The position numbers were made by a program, and so were the translations under genes. The notes beneath the pieces were generated by a model that worked only from the letters and a program-made list of their open reading frames with translations, did no database searches and was not told the origin of the DNA. Below are positions 11,961 through 25,109 of a stretch of 64,000 nucleotides of DNA, piece after piece. The stretch is taken from positions 8,248,001 to 8,312,000 of the forward strand of contig NC_058369.1 in assembly GCF_018350175.1 (NCBI RefSeq). The letters run 5' to 3'. Source of the DNA: Felis catus (taxonomy: Eukaryota). Positions within the stretch are counted from its first letter, which is position 1. Each line of letters begins with the position of its first letter.

Positions 11961-13059
11961 AGAAGAAATGCTATCTTCATCTTGCATTAGAAACACAATC
12001 CCTGGCCTGGGGCTCCCGGGTAGCTTAGTCGGTTGGGTTGAGTGTCTGACTTCAGCTTAGGTGATAATCCCCCAGTTCGTGGGTTCAAGCCCCGAGTCGG
12101 TTCTGCACTGACAGCTCGGAGCCTGGAGCCAGCCTCGGATCCTGTGTCTCCCTCTCTTTGTCTGCCCCTCCCCTGCTCATGCTCTGTTTCTCTCTCGCGC
12201 TCAAAAATAAACATTAAAAAAAAAAAAAAGAAAGAAAAGAAACATAATCCCTGGCCTCTCCTATTTTTTTTTTTTTTGGAAATTTTATTTTTTATTTTTT
12301 TTAATGTTTATTTATTTTTGAGACAGAGAGAGACAGAGCATGAACGGGGGAGGGGCAGAGAGAGAGGGAGACACAGAATCGGAAACAGGCTCCAGGCTCC
12401 GAGCCATCAGCCCAGAGCCTGACGCGGGGCTCGAACTCATGGACCGCGAGATCGTGACCTGGCTGAAGTCGGACGCTTAACCGACTGAGCCACCCAGCCG
12501 CCCCATTTTTGGGGGGAATTTTAAAGATGAAGGGAAACAAATCCAAATCCAGGCATCTAGCAGTGTCTGGTAGCACGGCAGGCCATTCTGCCGGATGTGA
12601 TTAACACCAGAGCAAAGAGGCCAGCGGATGCTTGTTCAAGGGAGCACCAGGCGTCCAGCCGCTGAGAGGGTGGCTTTTCTCTTCCTCCCCTGTGGGCCAA
12701 GCGAGGCTCTGGGCAGGAACTACTGCCTGTGCACGCTGACTCAGGGCTCTCCTAATTCCATCCTGCCATGTAGGCTGAGAGATTGATCTCAGGAGGGCCG
12801 AGGACGACAGACAGCTTCGCGACGAGGACCTCCACGCCCCCTCCATAAATACAGCTGTCGTGATCCTGCCCAGAGGAAGCAGCCTTCGGGTTTTCCCCGG
12901 GGGTGACCAGCCAGGCCTGATGCTTCTCATTGGGAGCATCTTCCCATCTGCCAGCCAGCTCCTGGGGTTGGTTGTGAGGACCCCGGGCGGGCTTGGGGGA
13001 GGTCAGCTGGGGGGCATGGATTTATTACTGCTTATGAGGATTATTCCAAATTGAGGCAA

Positions 13060-14190
13060 AGTATGCAAACCATACAATTTACCACTTAAAAAAATGTTTT
13101 TAATGTTTATTTATTTTTGAGACAGAGAAACAGAGCATGAACGGGGGAGGGTCAGAGAGAGAGGGAGACACAGATGCGAAACAGGCTTTAGGGTTCGAGC
13201 TGTCAGTACAGAGCCCCACGCGGGGCTCGAACTCACGGACCACGAGATCATGACCTGAGCCAAAGTCGGACACCCAAGCGACTGAGCCACCCAGGTGCCC
13301 CACAAACTTTGTTTTTAAGTGTCTACCTCAGTGGCATTATGCACATTCACACTGTCGTGCAGCCATCACCGCCACCCATCTCCAGAACTTTCTGTCTTGC
13401 AAAACTGAAACTCTGTCCCCATGAAACACTAAATCCTCATTCCCCTCCCCCAGCTCCTGGCTCCCACCTTTTTCCTGCCCATCTCTATCCATTTGCTTCT
13501 TCCAGGGACCTCATCTAAAAGGAATCATATATGGGGCGCCTGGGTGGCGCAGTCGGTTAAGCGTCCGACTTCAGCCAGGTCACGATCTCGCGGTCCGTGA
13601 GTTCGAGCCCCGCATCGGGCTCTGGGCTGATGGCTCAGAGCCTGGAGCCTGTTTCCGATTCTGTGTCTCCCTCTCTCTCTGCCCCTCCCCCGTTCATGCT
13701 CTGTCTCTCTCTGTCCCAAAAATAAATAAACGTTGAAAAAAAAATTTAAAAGGAATCATACAGTATTTGTCCTTTTGTGTCTGGCTTCTTGCACTTAACA
13801 TAATGTCCTCAAGGTCCAGCTACATCGTAGCATGTGTGAGAATGTCCTTCCTTTTTAAGTCTGAATATTACCCACATTTGGTATTTATTCATCTGTTGGT
13901 GGGCACCGGGGTTGTTTCCACTATTCGGCTATTATGATGAATAATGGTGCTTTGAACGTGGATGTACCAACATCTCTGAGATCCTGCTTTCAGTTTTTTT
14001 TGGTTCTACACCCCAAAGGGGAATTGCTGCATCATATGGTAACTCTGTTTCCAATTTTCCAAGGAACTGCCACACTGTATCCCACAGCAACCGCAGGTTT
14101 CACATTCCCACCAACAGGGTACGAGGGCTCGGATTTTTCCACATCCTCGCCAGCACTTGTTATTTATTTTTTTAATGTTTACTTATTTAT

Positions 14191-14244
<54 letters not shown>

Positions 14245-14420
14245 ACAATCCCAAACAGGCTCCACGCTGTCAGCACAGAGCTGGACTCGGAAATCGATCT
14301 CACAAACCATGACAGCATGACCTGAGCCGAATAAAAGGGTCACACGCTCAATGGACTGAGCTGCCCAGGCGCCCCTGTTTTCGGTTTTCTAGATAGCAGC
14401 CATTCTAAGGGGTGTTGGGT
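13060..14420 (-). mobile_element. L1 3' end (antisense) containing three CAN-SINEs, including a young SINEC_Fc at 13533-13748 (+)
   Basis: L1 motifs GGAATCATACAGTATTTGTCCTTTTGTGTCTGGCTT and CATTCCCACCAACAG; SINE TSD AAAAGGAATCATA. Confidence 0.8.
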
Positions 14421-14848
14421 GGTTGTCACTTTCAAGTGTTAAGAGGCTGCTTCTGTCTTCATAGAACTGTCTTGGGTTAATAAAGTCATTCGATAAGAGG
14501 CGCCTGGGTGGCTCAGTCGGTTAGGCGTCTCTTTTACTAGGCTCAGGTCATGATCTCATGGTTCATGAATTTGAGCCCCATGTCAGGCTCTGTGCTGACA
14601 GCTCAGGGCCTGGAGCTTGCCTCAGATTCTGTTTCTCCCTCTCTCTGCCCCTCCCCCATTCAGGCTCTGTCTCTCTCTCTCTCAAAAATAAATAAACATT
14701 AAAAAAAAAGTCATTTGGGGTGCCTGGGTGGCTCACTCGGATGAGCGTCCGACTTTGGCTCAGGTCACCATCTCATGGTTCATGAATTCGAGCCCCACGT
14801 CAGGCTCTGTGCTGACAGCTCAGGGCCTGGAGCCTGCTTCGGATTCTG

Positions 14849-14879
<31 letters not shown>

Positions 14880-15454
14880 GCCCCTCCCTGGCTCTCGCTG
14901 GCTCTCTCTCACAAAAATGAATGAACACTTAAAAAAAAAAAGTAATTAGATGAAAGATTAAAAAGTGAGCAGCCCCAAGGAGAAGTAACAGCCAGATAAA
15001 CCCACGACAGTGGAACCCTTCTCCTGGGAGAATCAGAGCCCCTGAGGCCCCACCCCCTGTTCCTTTCCCAAGGTCACCCTGTGAGCGCATGTGCAGGTGG
15101 TATTCTGGGAACACCGGCTTGGGCAGAGACAGGTTCTCCCTTCTCCAGTTCAGGGTTGGACAACCTGTTCTGCCACAATCTCACGGATGCCACTCCCAGG
15201 CCCGACCTGCACTGCAGAATGAGGTCAGTGAAAGACGGGGAGGGGAATGCACAGGCGAGGCAACGAGCAGGTGGACGGAAAGGGGCCGGGTGGGACAGGC
15301 AATTGGTTGTGGCATACCCTCCCCCTGCCGCACGGTCCTCTGGCCACACGCGTGTGTGTCTATACAAACTCCAGGGCTGGGCTAACCAGTCATTCCTGCT
15401 ATGGCTCTCCAGGAACTAGTAAAGGAAAAAGGATGGTTGGAAGCTACTTTAAAT

Positions 15455-15545
15455 CCATGCTTCTCAAGGGGGACCATTTTGTCCCCCAAAGGGTACCTGC
15501 TGTGTTTGGAGACATTTTTGTGTTGTCAGAACCCTGGGGATGGAG
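15455..15545 (+). mobile_element. MER20 (hAT) fragment
   Basis: TTCTCAAGGGGGACCATTTTGTCCCCCAAAGGG...TTTGGAGACATTTTTG. Confidence 0.6.
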
Positions 15546-15696
15546 AGCAGTGGGAATTTCTTTTTCATGGCCATTATTATTTAAGTTTTATTTACTTAAG
15601 TAATCTCTACACCCAACATAGGGCTTGAACTCACAACCCCCCGAGATCAAGAGTCGCACAGCCTTCTGAAGGAGCCAGCCAGGCCTCCCTATGGGA

Positions 15697-15736
<40 letters not shown>

Positions 15737-18027
15737 GGGGGGGGTGCTGGGGAGGGGCAGAGGGAGAGAGAGAATCCTAAGCAGGCTCTATGCCCGGAGC
15801 AGAGGCCCGCCCAGGGCTGGATCTCATGACCGTGAGATCATGATCTGAGCTGAAATCAAGAGTCCCGACTCCTCCCCGACTGAGCCACTCAGGCACCTTG
15901 GGGGGAGTTATTTTTATTTGGGCAAGTATTGAAGGCATTCTAAAACCTTAAACAGGATCCTGGACGTGTAGGCCTACAGAACAAAGAAATAGGAAAATCT
16001 GCTCCACCCTTGGGGCTGGAGTTGGATGTTAGACGCTGCAGGGAGGGTGTCTGTTTCGCAGAAAAGCCTCTGAAGTCACTTCGCAGCTGTAGATCAAGGT
16101 TAGATACTAGTCACGGAAGGGTGGTGACTCAGTTTGTCTTAAGGACTGAAGGTTCTGAATGTCCAATATGTAGAGAGAGTCCCACCCTCGCTTGGCCCCG
16201 TCTCTGCCCCGACGTCGGTATGCAGACATCCACAAGTGGTAGGGGCTTCATAGCCTAGAATCTGTGCCCACGGGAAGCGGGGAGACAGGGTAGGGGACGC
16301 TTCTGAAGGGTCGTCCCTGACACTGGCCCCCAGGGAGGCTGAAGGGACTTGCTCGTAGCGAGCCTGCGGCCACTCCTTCTCATCCTTGTTTATTTGTTTT
16401 GTTTCTCTGTAGGGGTATTTTCCTTTAAAAAAAATTGAGATATAGGGGCGGCTGGGTGGCTCAGTCAGTTAAGCATCCGACTTTGGCTCAGGTCGTGATC
16501 TCTCGGTCCGTGAGTTCGAGCCCCCCGTCGGGCTCTGTGCTGACAGCTCAGACCCTGGAGCCTGCTTTGGATTCTGTGTCTCCCTCTCTCTCTGCCCCTC
16601 CCCTGCTCACACTCTGTCTCTCTCTCAAAAACCAATAAACGTTAAAAAATAAATAAAACCACCATTTTTTTCCTTATGATAAAAACGTTTAAGGTTTACT
16701 GTTCCAAATATGCGATACAGTATTAACTATAGTGACTATTACATCCCTGTAACATATACGTTGTAACTGAAAATTTGTATCTTTTGACCTCCTTCACCCT
16801 GTCCACCTGCCCCTACCCCCATCTCTGGCAACTACCAATCAGGTCTCTGTATCTATGAGCTTGGTTTTGCTTTAGATTAGTTTAGTCTTTTTTTTTTTTT
16901 TTTTTTTTTGATTCCACATATAATGGAGATCATTTGGTATTTGTCTTTCTCTATCTGACTTATTTCACTTGGTACAATGCCCTCAAGGTCCACCCCTGTT
17001 GTGGCAAATGGCATCTCTTTCTTTCTTTTTCATGGTTGAATACTATTCTCATCGTTGGCCTTTTAAATAAAAAAAAAAAAAAACAAAAAAAAAAAACCCG
17101 AGGGTTGGGAGGCCGGGTGGATCAGTGGGTTAAGCGTCCTACTCTTGGTTTCAGCTCAGGTCACGATCTCACGGTTCCTGAGTTCGAGCCCCACATCGGG
17201 CTCCGCACTGACAGTGCAGAGCCTGCTTGGGATTCTCTCCGTCTCTCTCTGCCCCTCCCCCCTACCTTGAAATAAATAAATAAACTTTAATAAACAAACA
17301 AATAAATAAATGACCAGGACCTGGTGGCAGAGACCCGGGTAGTTCTAGAGGGTAGACATGTTGGAGAGAGGACACAGAGGAGAGGGATGCCACCCCAGCT
17401 TTATCTCTCCTTCGCCAGTATGCACCAAGCCAGCCATCACGTGAGCGGCCACCAGCGGTGGGATGGTCAGTCACGTGGTGCTCAGTGTCGGTGAAGGACC
17501 GAAAGAGGAAGAGCAGAGACCCAGAACACTGCGCTCTCTGCCACAAGGGGAGGCCTCCACAGGAAAGGCTGGATAAAGGCCCGAGCTCCAACGTGTCCCC
17601 CAGGAGAGGGTCCAGGCTGCAGTCCTCAGTGCCGGATGAGGCCAGTGTTGCTGCCCGACACCCTACAGTCACAGGACGGCCCCCCAATCAGAGGACTACT
17701 GGATCCAAAACATTAGTGATGCTGAGGCAAAGAACCCCTGCTTTAGATCATCTTACATATACAGCCTGCTAAACTGTACCCAAACAGAAGGGGGAGAAAT
17801 GCTACATTTTATTTATTTATTTATTTTTTTAAGTTTATTTTTGAGAGAGAGAGAGAGAGAGAGAGAAAGTGGGGCAGGGGCAGAGAGAGGGGGGGGACAG
17901 AGGATCTGAAGTGGGCCCCGAGCTGACAGCACAGAGCCCGATGTGGGGCTTGAACTCACCAAGCGTGAGATCATGACCTGAGCCAAAGGCAGACATTCAA
18001 CCGAATGAGCCACCCAGGCGCCCCAGC

Positions 18028-18686
18028 AGACTGCCCTTCATAATGCAGGTGGGCCTCATCCCATAGGCTGAAGGCCTGAACAGAACCAAAGACTGACCTT
18101 CCCCCAGCAGGAGGGGGTTCTGCCAGCAGGCGACCTTGGAACCCGCACTACAGCATTGACTCTTCCTGTGTCTCCGGCCTTTGGGACTCGCCAGCCTCTA
18201 TAATCACCTGAACCCGGATCCTTAAAATCGATGGGGCTGCCATAACAAAATCCCATAAGCTAGGTGGCTTAGCCAACAGAAATTTATTTTCTCACAGTTC
18301 TGGTGGCTAGGAAATCCAAAATCCAGGTACCAGAAAATTCACCCTCTGGTGAGGGCTCTCTTCCTGGCTTACAGACAGATGTCTTCCCACTGTGTGCTCC
18401 ATGGTGGACAGAGGAAGAGAGAGAGAGGGAAGGAGACTGACTGAGAGGGAGGGATGGAGTTCTCCAGTGTCTGGTCTTCCAAGGGCACTATTCCTATTAG
18501 ATCAAGGCCCTACCTTTATGATCTCATTTACCCTTAATTACCTCCTTCCAGGCCTATCTCCAAACACAGTCACATTGGGGGTTAGGGCTTTGACGTATCA
18601 AGTTGGGTGGGCACGATCCAGTTCATAGCAAATCTCTATCTATGTGCCCATCCGACTGGTTCTGTTTCTCCAGAGAACCCTAATAG
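18028..18686 (+). mobile_element. MLT2-type (ERVL) LTR with a minus-strand MLT1A-like LTR nested inside (18232-18630)
   Basis: GACTGCCCTTCATAATGCAGGTGGGCCTCATCC...TGGTTCTGTTTCTCCAGAGAACCCTAATA surrounds GGGCTGCCATAACAAAA...TCTCACAGTTCTGG...CACATTGGGGGTTAGGGCTT. Confidence 0.7.
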
Positions 18687-19515
18687 AGGGGAGACAAGAC
18701 CTTCTAAAAAGGAAAGCAAATTCCAGCACTGCCTGTCATAGATGACTGAGAGCAGGTGAAAATGGTCGCCTAGGGTTCCCCTTGGGTCCGTGGCGTTAGG
18801 TACCACCTGTAGGCAGCCGGCTCCTACCCCATCTGGAGTGCTGTGTTTGCAGCAGACGGAGGAGTATGGTGGCTAAGGGCCCGGACACCGGGGTCCACCG
18901 GCCTAGCTACAGATAAGGTCAGCCCTGCAGGACTGTGTGACCTTGGGTAAATTATTAACCCTCTCTGTGCCTCACTTCCAACTATAACATAGGGTGACTA
19001 TACAAGATAGAGCATAGGGTGTGGTGAGGGTTATGTCAATGGACATATGGTTTCTATTTATTTTTATAAAAATTTTTTTAATGTTTATTTATTTTTGAGA
19101 GGGGGTGAGGGGCAGAGAGAGAGGGAGACACAGAATCTGAAGCAGGCTCCGGGCTCTGAGCTGTCAGCACAGAGCCTGACGTGAGGCCCGAATCCATGAG
19201 TCGTGAGATCATGACCTCGAGCCAAAGTTGGACGCCTAAACGATTACGCCACCCAGGTGCCCCTATTTTTATTTCTTTAAGTTTATTTATTTTTTTGAGA
19301 GAGACAGAGACAGAGTGAATGGGGGAGGGGTAGAGAGAGAGAGAGGGAGACAGAGAATCCCAAGCAGGTTCTGTGCTGCCAGTGTAGACCCTAACTCGGG
19401 GCTTGGACCCACAAAACCGAGAGATCAGGACCTGAGCAGAAACCAAGAATCAGATGCTTACCCGACTGAGCCACCCACATCCCCTCAGACATATGGTTCT
19501 TAAATGAATAGACTT

Positions 19516-19546
<31 letters not shown>

Positions 19547-20295
19547 GTGTGTGTGTGTGTATGTATATATTTTGATGTTCTATTTATTTTTGAGAGAGAG
19601 CGTGCATGCACGTGGGGTAGGGGCAGAGAGAGAATCAGTTTTAGCAAGTTCATCTCTTTAAAAAAAATTTTTTTTTAAATTTTTCATGAGAGATAGAGAC
19701 AGCACGAGTCGGGGAGGGGCAGAGAGAGAGGGAGACACAGAATCCAAACAGGCTCCAGGCTCTGAGCTGTCAGCATAGAGCCCGATGTGGGGCTTCAACT
19801 CATGAACCGTGAGATCATGACCTGAGCCGAAGCTGGACGCTTAACTGACTGAGCCACCCAGGCGGCCCCCAAAATGATAATTTTAATCATGTGGTCACAC
19901 TAACTGGGAACCCCTCCTTGGAGGTCTGCTGTCTTTCTCTGAGATTTGGCGAGCCTGCAGGGTAAGTTGGGGAGTTTGTGTATTTGCACTGAAATCATGA
20001 GCCACCCAGGCACCCCTATCTTGGGTACTTTTTATTAAAAAAAAAAAAAAAATTCCAGAGCTCCACCTGAGAGGGTCTCAGCCTCCAGGAGATTCTCCAG
20101 GCTTGTGTTTTGAACAAGCCCCCTTTGCCAGTGTGCCCTCTTGGCGAAGGTGGGAAGCATGCACAGGCTAATGTTCTCTGTTGATTTCTCTAGAACACCA
20201 CCTCCGTCAGGGCAGAGGAGGTGCGCAATACATAGGACTAAATCAAGTCATTTTGGTTGAATTGTCTTTTTGTTTTAAAGTTTATTTTTATTTAT

Positions 20296-20330
<35 letters not shown>

Positions 20331-21199
20331 ACAAGCAGGGGAGGGGCAGAGGGAGACAGGATCCCAAGCAGTCTCTGAGCTGTCAGTGCAGAGCCCCACG
20401 TGGGCTCATGAACTTTGAGATCATGACCCAAGTCGAAGTCGGACACTTAACTGACTGAGCCCCTAATTTAAATTCTCTTGCTGCCCAATGTGACTGCAGC
20501 TTCCAGAGGAGAGGACCTCTTTCCTTTTTCATTTTCTTCTAGCAATCGGGGTAGGATTATGACTGAGAAGGGAGCCAGCATGTCTTACGAGATCATTTGA
20601 TAAGCAGATGCACCTACTGGTCTATTCATTGGCCCCAATTCACATAAGCACTGACAGGCCAGGTGAGGTTAACTAAGCAGACATTATACACAGCTCGTGG
20701 TATAAAAGCTGGGCAGTGAGTTCTACAGACTGCAGAATGCCGTGCATTGTTCCTCCAGACCTTGAGGGAGTGTGACAGAACCAGAGATTCAAGTGTTCCC
20801 TCATCCTGGACAGGCTGGGAGGGACGGGAAGCTGGGAGGATGGGTGTGCTGGCCAGATCCCAATGCCGCTCTGCGGCGTCTTCGGGGGAGAAGACCCAGA
20901 AAGGCCACACAAGAAGTGTGATTTCACGCACGCACGCTCACTCACAAGCGCAGGAGAGACGGAACACGCCCAACACGTAACATAAAATTATCACTTCCAA
21001 GTTTATTTATTTTGAGAGAGAGAGAGAGCATAAGGGGAGGGGCAGAGAGAGAGGGAAAGAGAGGGAGAGAGAGAGGGTCGCAAGCAGGCTCCGGGCAGTC
21101 AGTGCAGAGCCCAGCGTGGGGCTCGAACCCACAAACTGTGAGATTGTGAGTTGAGCCAAAATCGAGTCGGATGACTGACTGCGCCACCCAGCTGCCCCT

Positions 21200-23160
21200 A
21201 AAATTTACCACTTTAAAGTGTACAATTGGGGTGCCCGGGTGGCTCAGTCTGTTGAGTGTCTGACTTTGGCTCAGGTCATGATCTCACAATTTGTGGGTTT
21301 GAGCCCTGTGTCCAGCTCTGTGCTGACAGCACAGAGCCTGGAGCCTGTTTCAGATTCTGTGTCTCTCTCTCTCAAAAATAAATAGACATTAAAAAAATTT
21401 TTAAGTGTACAGTTTAGTAGCATTAATTGTATCTATGCTGTTGTGAAACGTCACCACTAACCATCTCCGGAACTTTTTCATTTTCCTCAACTGAAACTCT
21501 GTCACCGTTCAGTATCAACTTCCCAGCTCCCATCCTCTACCCCCTAGAAACCTCCATTCTACTTTCTGCCTCTATTAATTTACTTAGTCTTGGTACTTCA
21601 TGGAAGTGGAATCGTATTAACACTTGTCCTTTTGCGCCTGGTTTATTTCACTCAGCATGATGTCCTCAAGGTTCACCCGTGTTGTAGGAGGGGTCAGAAT
21701 TTCCTTCCGTTTTAAGGCTGAATAATGTATGTATTCATTACCTTCTCCAGTCGTCTGTTGACGGACACTTAGGCTGCTTTCAGATCTTCTCTGTTGTAAG
21801 TAATGCTGCTAGGAACATCGATGTGCAAACATCGGTTAGGGTCCTGAGACCTATCGGCCAAGATATTGGCATTGATACAATTCATTAATTTTACTCCGAT
21901 TTCTTCGGGTTTACCTGTATTCATTTGTTTGTATGCATGTATTAAGTTCCACACAATTTTATCACGGGTGTGGGTTTCCATCTCCACCACCGCAGTCAAG
22001 ATACAAACTGTTCCAACACCGCCACCAGCGCCAGTACTGCCCTTTTAGAACCCCCCTCCCTCCTTCTTCCAACTGCTCTTCTTCCCCCAATCTTGAAAAA
22101 ATGTTGCCATTTCAAAAATGTTACATAAGAATCCGATATATTGTAACCTTTTCAAATTGATTTTGATTTGATTTGATTTTGGTACTCAGCATAATTTCCC
22201 AGAGACTCATTCATTCTTGTTGTTGCAGGAATCGATAGCTCACTCCCAAGGTGCCTGGATGGTTCAGTTGGTTGAGCATCCGACCCTTGGTTTGGGCTCA
22301 GGTCATGATCCTAGGGTCATGGGATTGAGCCCTGTTTTGGACTCTACACTGAGTGTGGAACCTGCTTAAGATTCTCTCTCTCCCTCTGTCTCTCTTAAAT
22401 TAAAAAAAAAAAAAAAGTTCAGGGGTGCCTGGGTGGCACAGTCGGTTAAGTGTCTGACTCTTAATCTCGGCTCAGGTCACGATCTCAGTTTGTGAGTTCG
22501 AGCCCCACAATGGGCTCTGCACTGACGGCTGGAGGCTGCTTGGGATTCTGTCTCTCCTCTCTGCCCCTCACTCTAGTGCGCCCTCTCTCTCTCCAAATAA
22601 ATAAATAAAATTAAAAAATTAAAATAGCTCACTCCCTTTTATTGCTGAGTAGTATTCTATAGTATGGATTGATCAAGGTCTGTCAATCATTCACCTGTGT
22701 GAAGGACACCTGGGCTGGTTCCAGGTTTTGTCTGTTCCATACAAAGCTACTATGAACATTCACCCTCTCACCCACAGGTTTCTGTGCGAACATGTTTTCA
22801 TTGCTCTAGGATAAACGCCAGGAGTGCAATTAACCGGGTCATGTGATAGTTGTCTGTGTCCTTCTTTCTGAAGCTGCCAAATTGTTTTCCAGAAAGGCTG
22901 CACCATCTCACATGCCTGCCTGCAGAAGACGTATCAGCCAAGTGTATGTTTCACGTGTTTTTGAATGTATTCCAGTTTTTCCATGTCCTCGCCAGCATTT
23001 GGTGTTGTTAGTAATTTTCATTTTAGCCATTTTGATAGTGGGTAGTGATTTCTCACTGTGGTTTTAATTTACATTTCCTTAACGGGGTAATGATATTAAC
23101 TAAACATCATTTCACGTGTTTATTTGCCATCTGTATATCCTCTATGGTGAAATGTCTATA
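21200..23160 (-). mobile_element. Fragmented antisense L1 3' regions with inserted CAN-SINEs
   Basis: TTTCACTCAGCATGATGTCCTCAAGGTTCA, TTTATTGCTGAGTAGTATTC, CATGTCCTCGCCAGCATTTGGTGTTG. Confidence 0.75.
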
Positions 23161-23192
23161 AATATTTCAAACGTAGCTCAAGTTTTATGTTT

Positions 23193-23227
<35 letters not shown>

Positions 23228-23666
23228 GCACACCTACGTGTACACATATGTAAAACTGTAAAACTCATATGTAAAACACATATGTAAAACTCTTGATGGA
23301 GGCCTGAACTGCAATAATTCAAAAAAGTTTAACAAAGTCAACCTAAAATAAAACATACTATAGCTAGAATAAAACACCAATAGGGTTCATGCTCTGTCTC
23401 TCTCTGTCTCAAAAATAAATAAACATTAAAAAAAAAAGTGTTTAAAAAAAAAACTTTAAAATAAAAAAAAAAGATTACCATTGGGGACTTAAAAAGATAT
23501 TTGCACACCCATGTTTATAGCAGTATTACTTACAACAGACAAGATGTGGAAGCAACCCAAGTGCCCATCAACAGATGGATAATGTGATGTATACACAATA
23601 AATTAGATTTTGACTTGTGAACCAAATCCTCCAAATATTTCTTACCCCCTTTCTCTGTCTCTGTTT

Positions 23667-23668
<2 letters not shown>

Positions 23669-23711
<43 letters not shown>
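23669..23711. repeat. (CA)n microsatellite; others at 2081-2112 and 23196-23232
   Basis: Read directly. Confidence 0.95.
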
Positions 23712-23714
<3 letters not shown>

Positions 23715-24110
23715 CATACCTTGGAGATGTTGTGGGTTCAGTTCCAGACCATTATAAGGTGAATATCACAGTAAAGAAAGTCAAATGAATCCTGGGTTCT
23801 CCTCGTACATATAAAAGTATGTTTACACTATAGTGTGGTCTGTTAAGTGTGTAACAGCATCATGTCTAAAAAAAAACAAAAACAATGTACAATGTACGTA
23901 CCTTAACTAATAAATACTTTATTGCAGTGGCTTAGTTGGTTAAGCGTCTGACTTCGGCTCAAGTCGTGATCTCGAGGTTTGCGAGCTCGAGCCCCGTGTC
24001 AGGCTCTGTGCTGACAGCTCGGAGCCTGGAGCCTGCTTCAGATTCCGTGTCTCGCTCTCTCTCTGCCCCTCCCCTACTCACACTCTCTCAAAAGTAAATA
24101 AACATTAAAA

Positions 24111-24153
<43 letters not shown>

Positions 24154-24404
24154 AAACTTCATTGCTTGAAAATGCTATCATCTGAGCTTTCGGTGAATCA
24201 TAATCACTGACCACAGAACAAATATAAAAATAACGAAAAAGTCTGAAATATTGTGATTACTGAAATATATAACATAGAGACAGGAAGTGAGCAAATGCTG
24301 TGGGAAAAATTATGCTGATGGACTTGTTCAATGCAAGGTTGCCACAAGGCGTCAATTTATAAAAACGAAGTATTTACAAAGTGCAATAAAATGAGGTATG
24401 CCTG
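23711..24404 (+). mobile_element. Internally deleted Tigger1 DNA transposon with both terminal inverted repeats; CAN-SINE inserted at ~23925-24155
   Basis: Starts CAGGCATACCT and ends AGGTATGCCTG (inverted); internal Tigger1 motifs AAAAGTATGTTTACACTATA and GTGAGCAAATGCTGTGGGAAAA. Confidence 0.85.
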
Positions 24405-25109
24405 TCTGTGTACATAACAAAAGCAAGAGAACAAATATACATGTACATATATACATGTATACGTACTATCCTCATCTCTGGAAAACTCTAACATATCTGC
24501 AGAGGCACGTGAAAAACTCCCGCCTAATAAACGACAGATTCATAAAAATGTAGACGTGACCATGCAGACTCCAAGGTTGCTAAAACCCACTGGGGATTTT
24601 ATTTTTGCCATACAGGGAGTGATGCTGCAAACATTTTGTCACTCTTTTTTTTTAAGTTTTATTTTATTATTGTTTATTTAAGTAGGATTCACGCCCAGCG
24701 CGGAGCCCAATGTGGGGCTTGAATTCACGACCCTGAGATCAAGATCTCAGCTGAGATCAAGAGTCGGATGCAAAACTGACTGAGCCACCCTGGTGCCCCG
24801 CCCCCCACCTCTTTTTTTTAAATCTATTTTAAAAAATATTTTATCTTTATTTTGTAATATTTACTTTTCGGAGAGCATAACTGGGGGGGGGGGGGGAGAG
24901 AGGGGGTCAGAGGATTCAAAGAGGGCTCTGTGCTGACAGGCTGACAGCATTGAGACCAATGTGGGGCTTGAACTCATGAACTGCGATATCATGACCCGAG
25001 CCGAAGATGGACGCTCAACCGACTGAGCCACCCAGGCACCCCCAAAGATTTTATTTTTAAGTAATCTCTAGGCCCAACATGAGGCTCAAACCCACAACCT
25101 GAGATCAAC

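Noticed and set aside
23245..23292. Short CATATGTAAAAC repeats
   Set aside because: Low-complexity slippage next to a (CA)n microsatellite; no sign of function.
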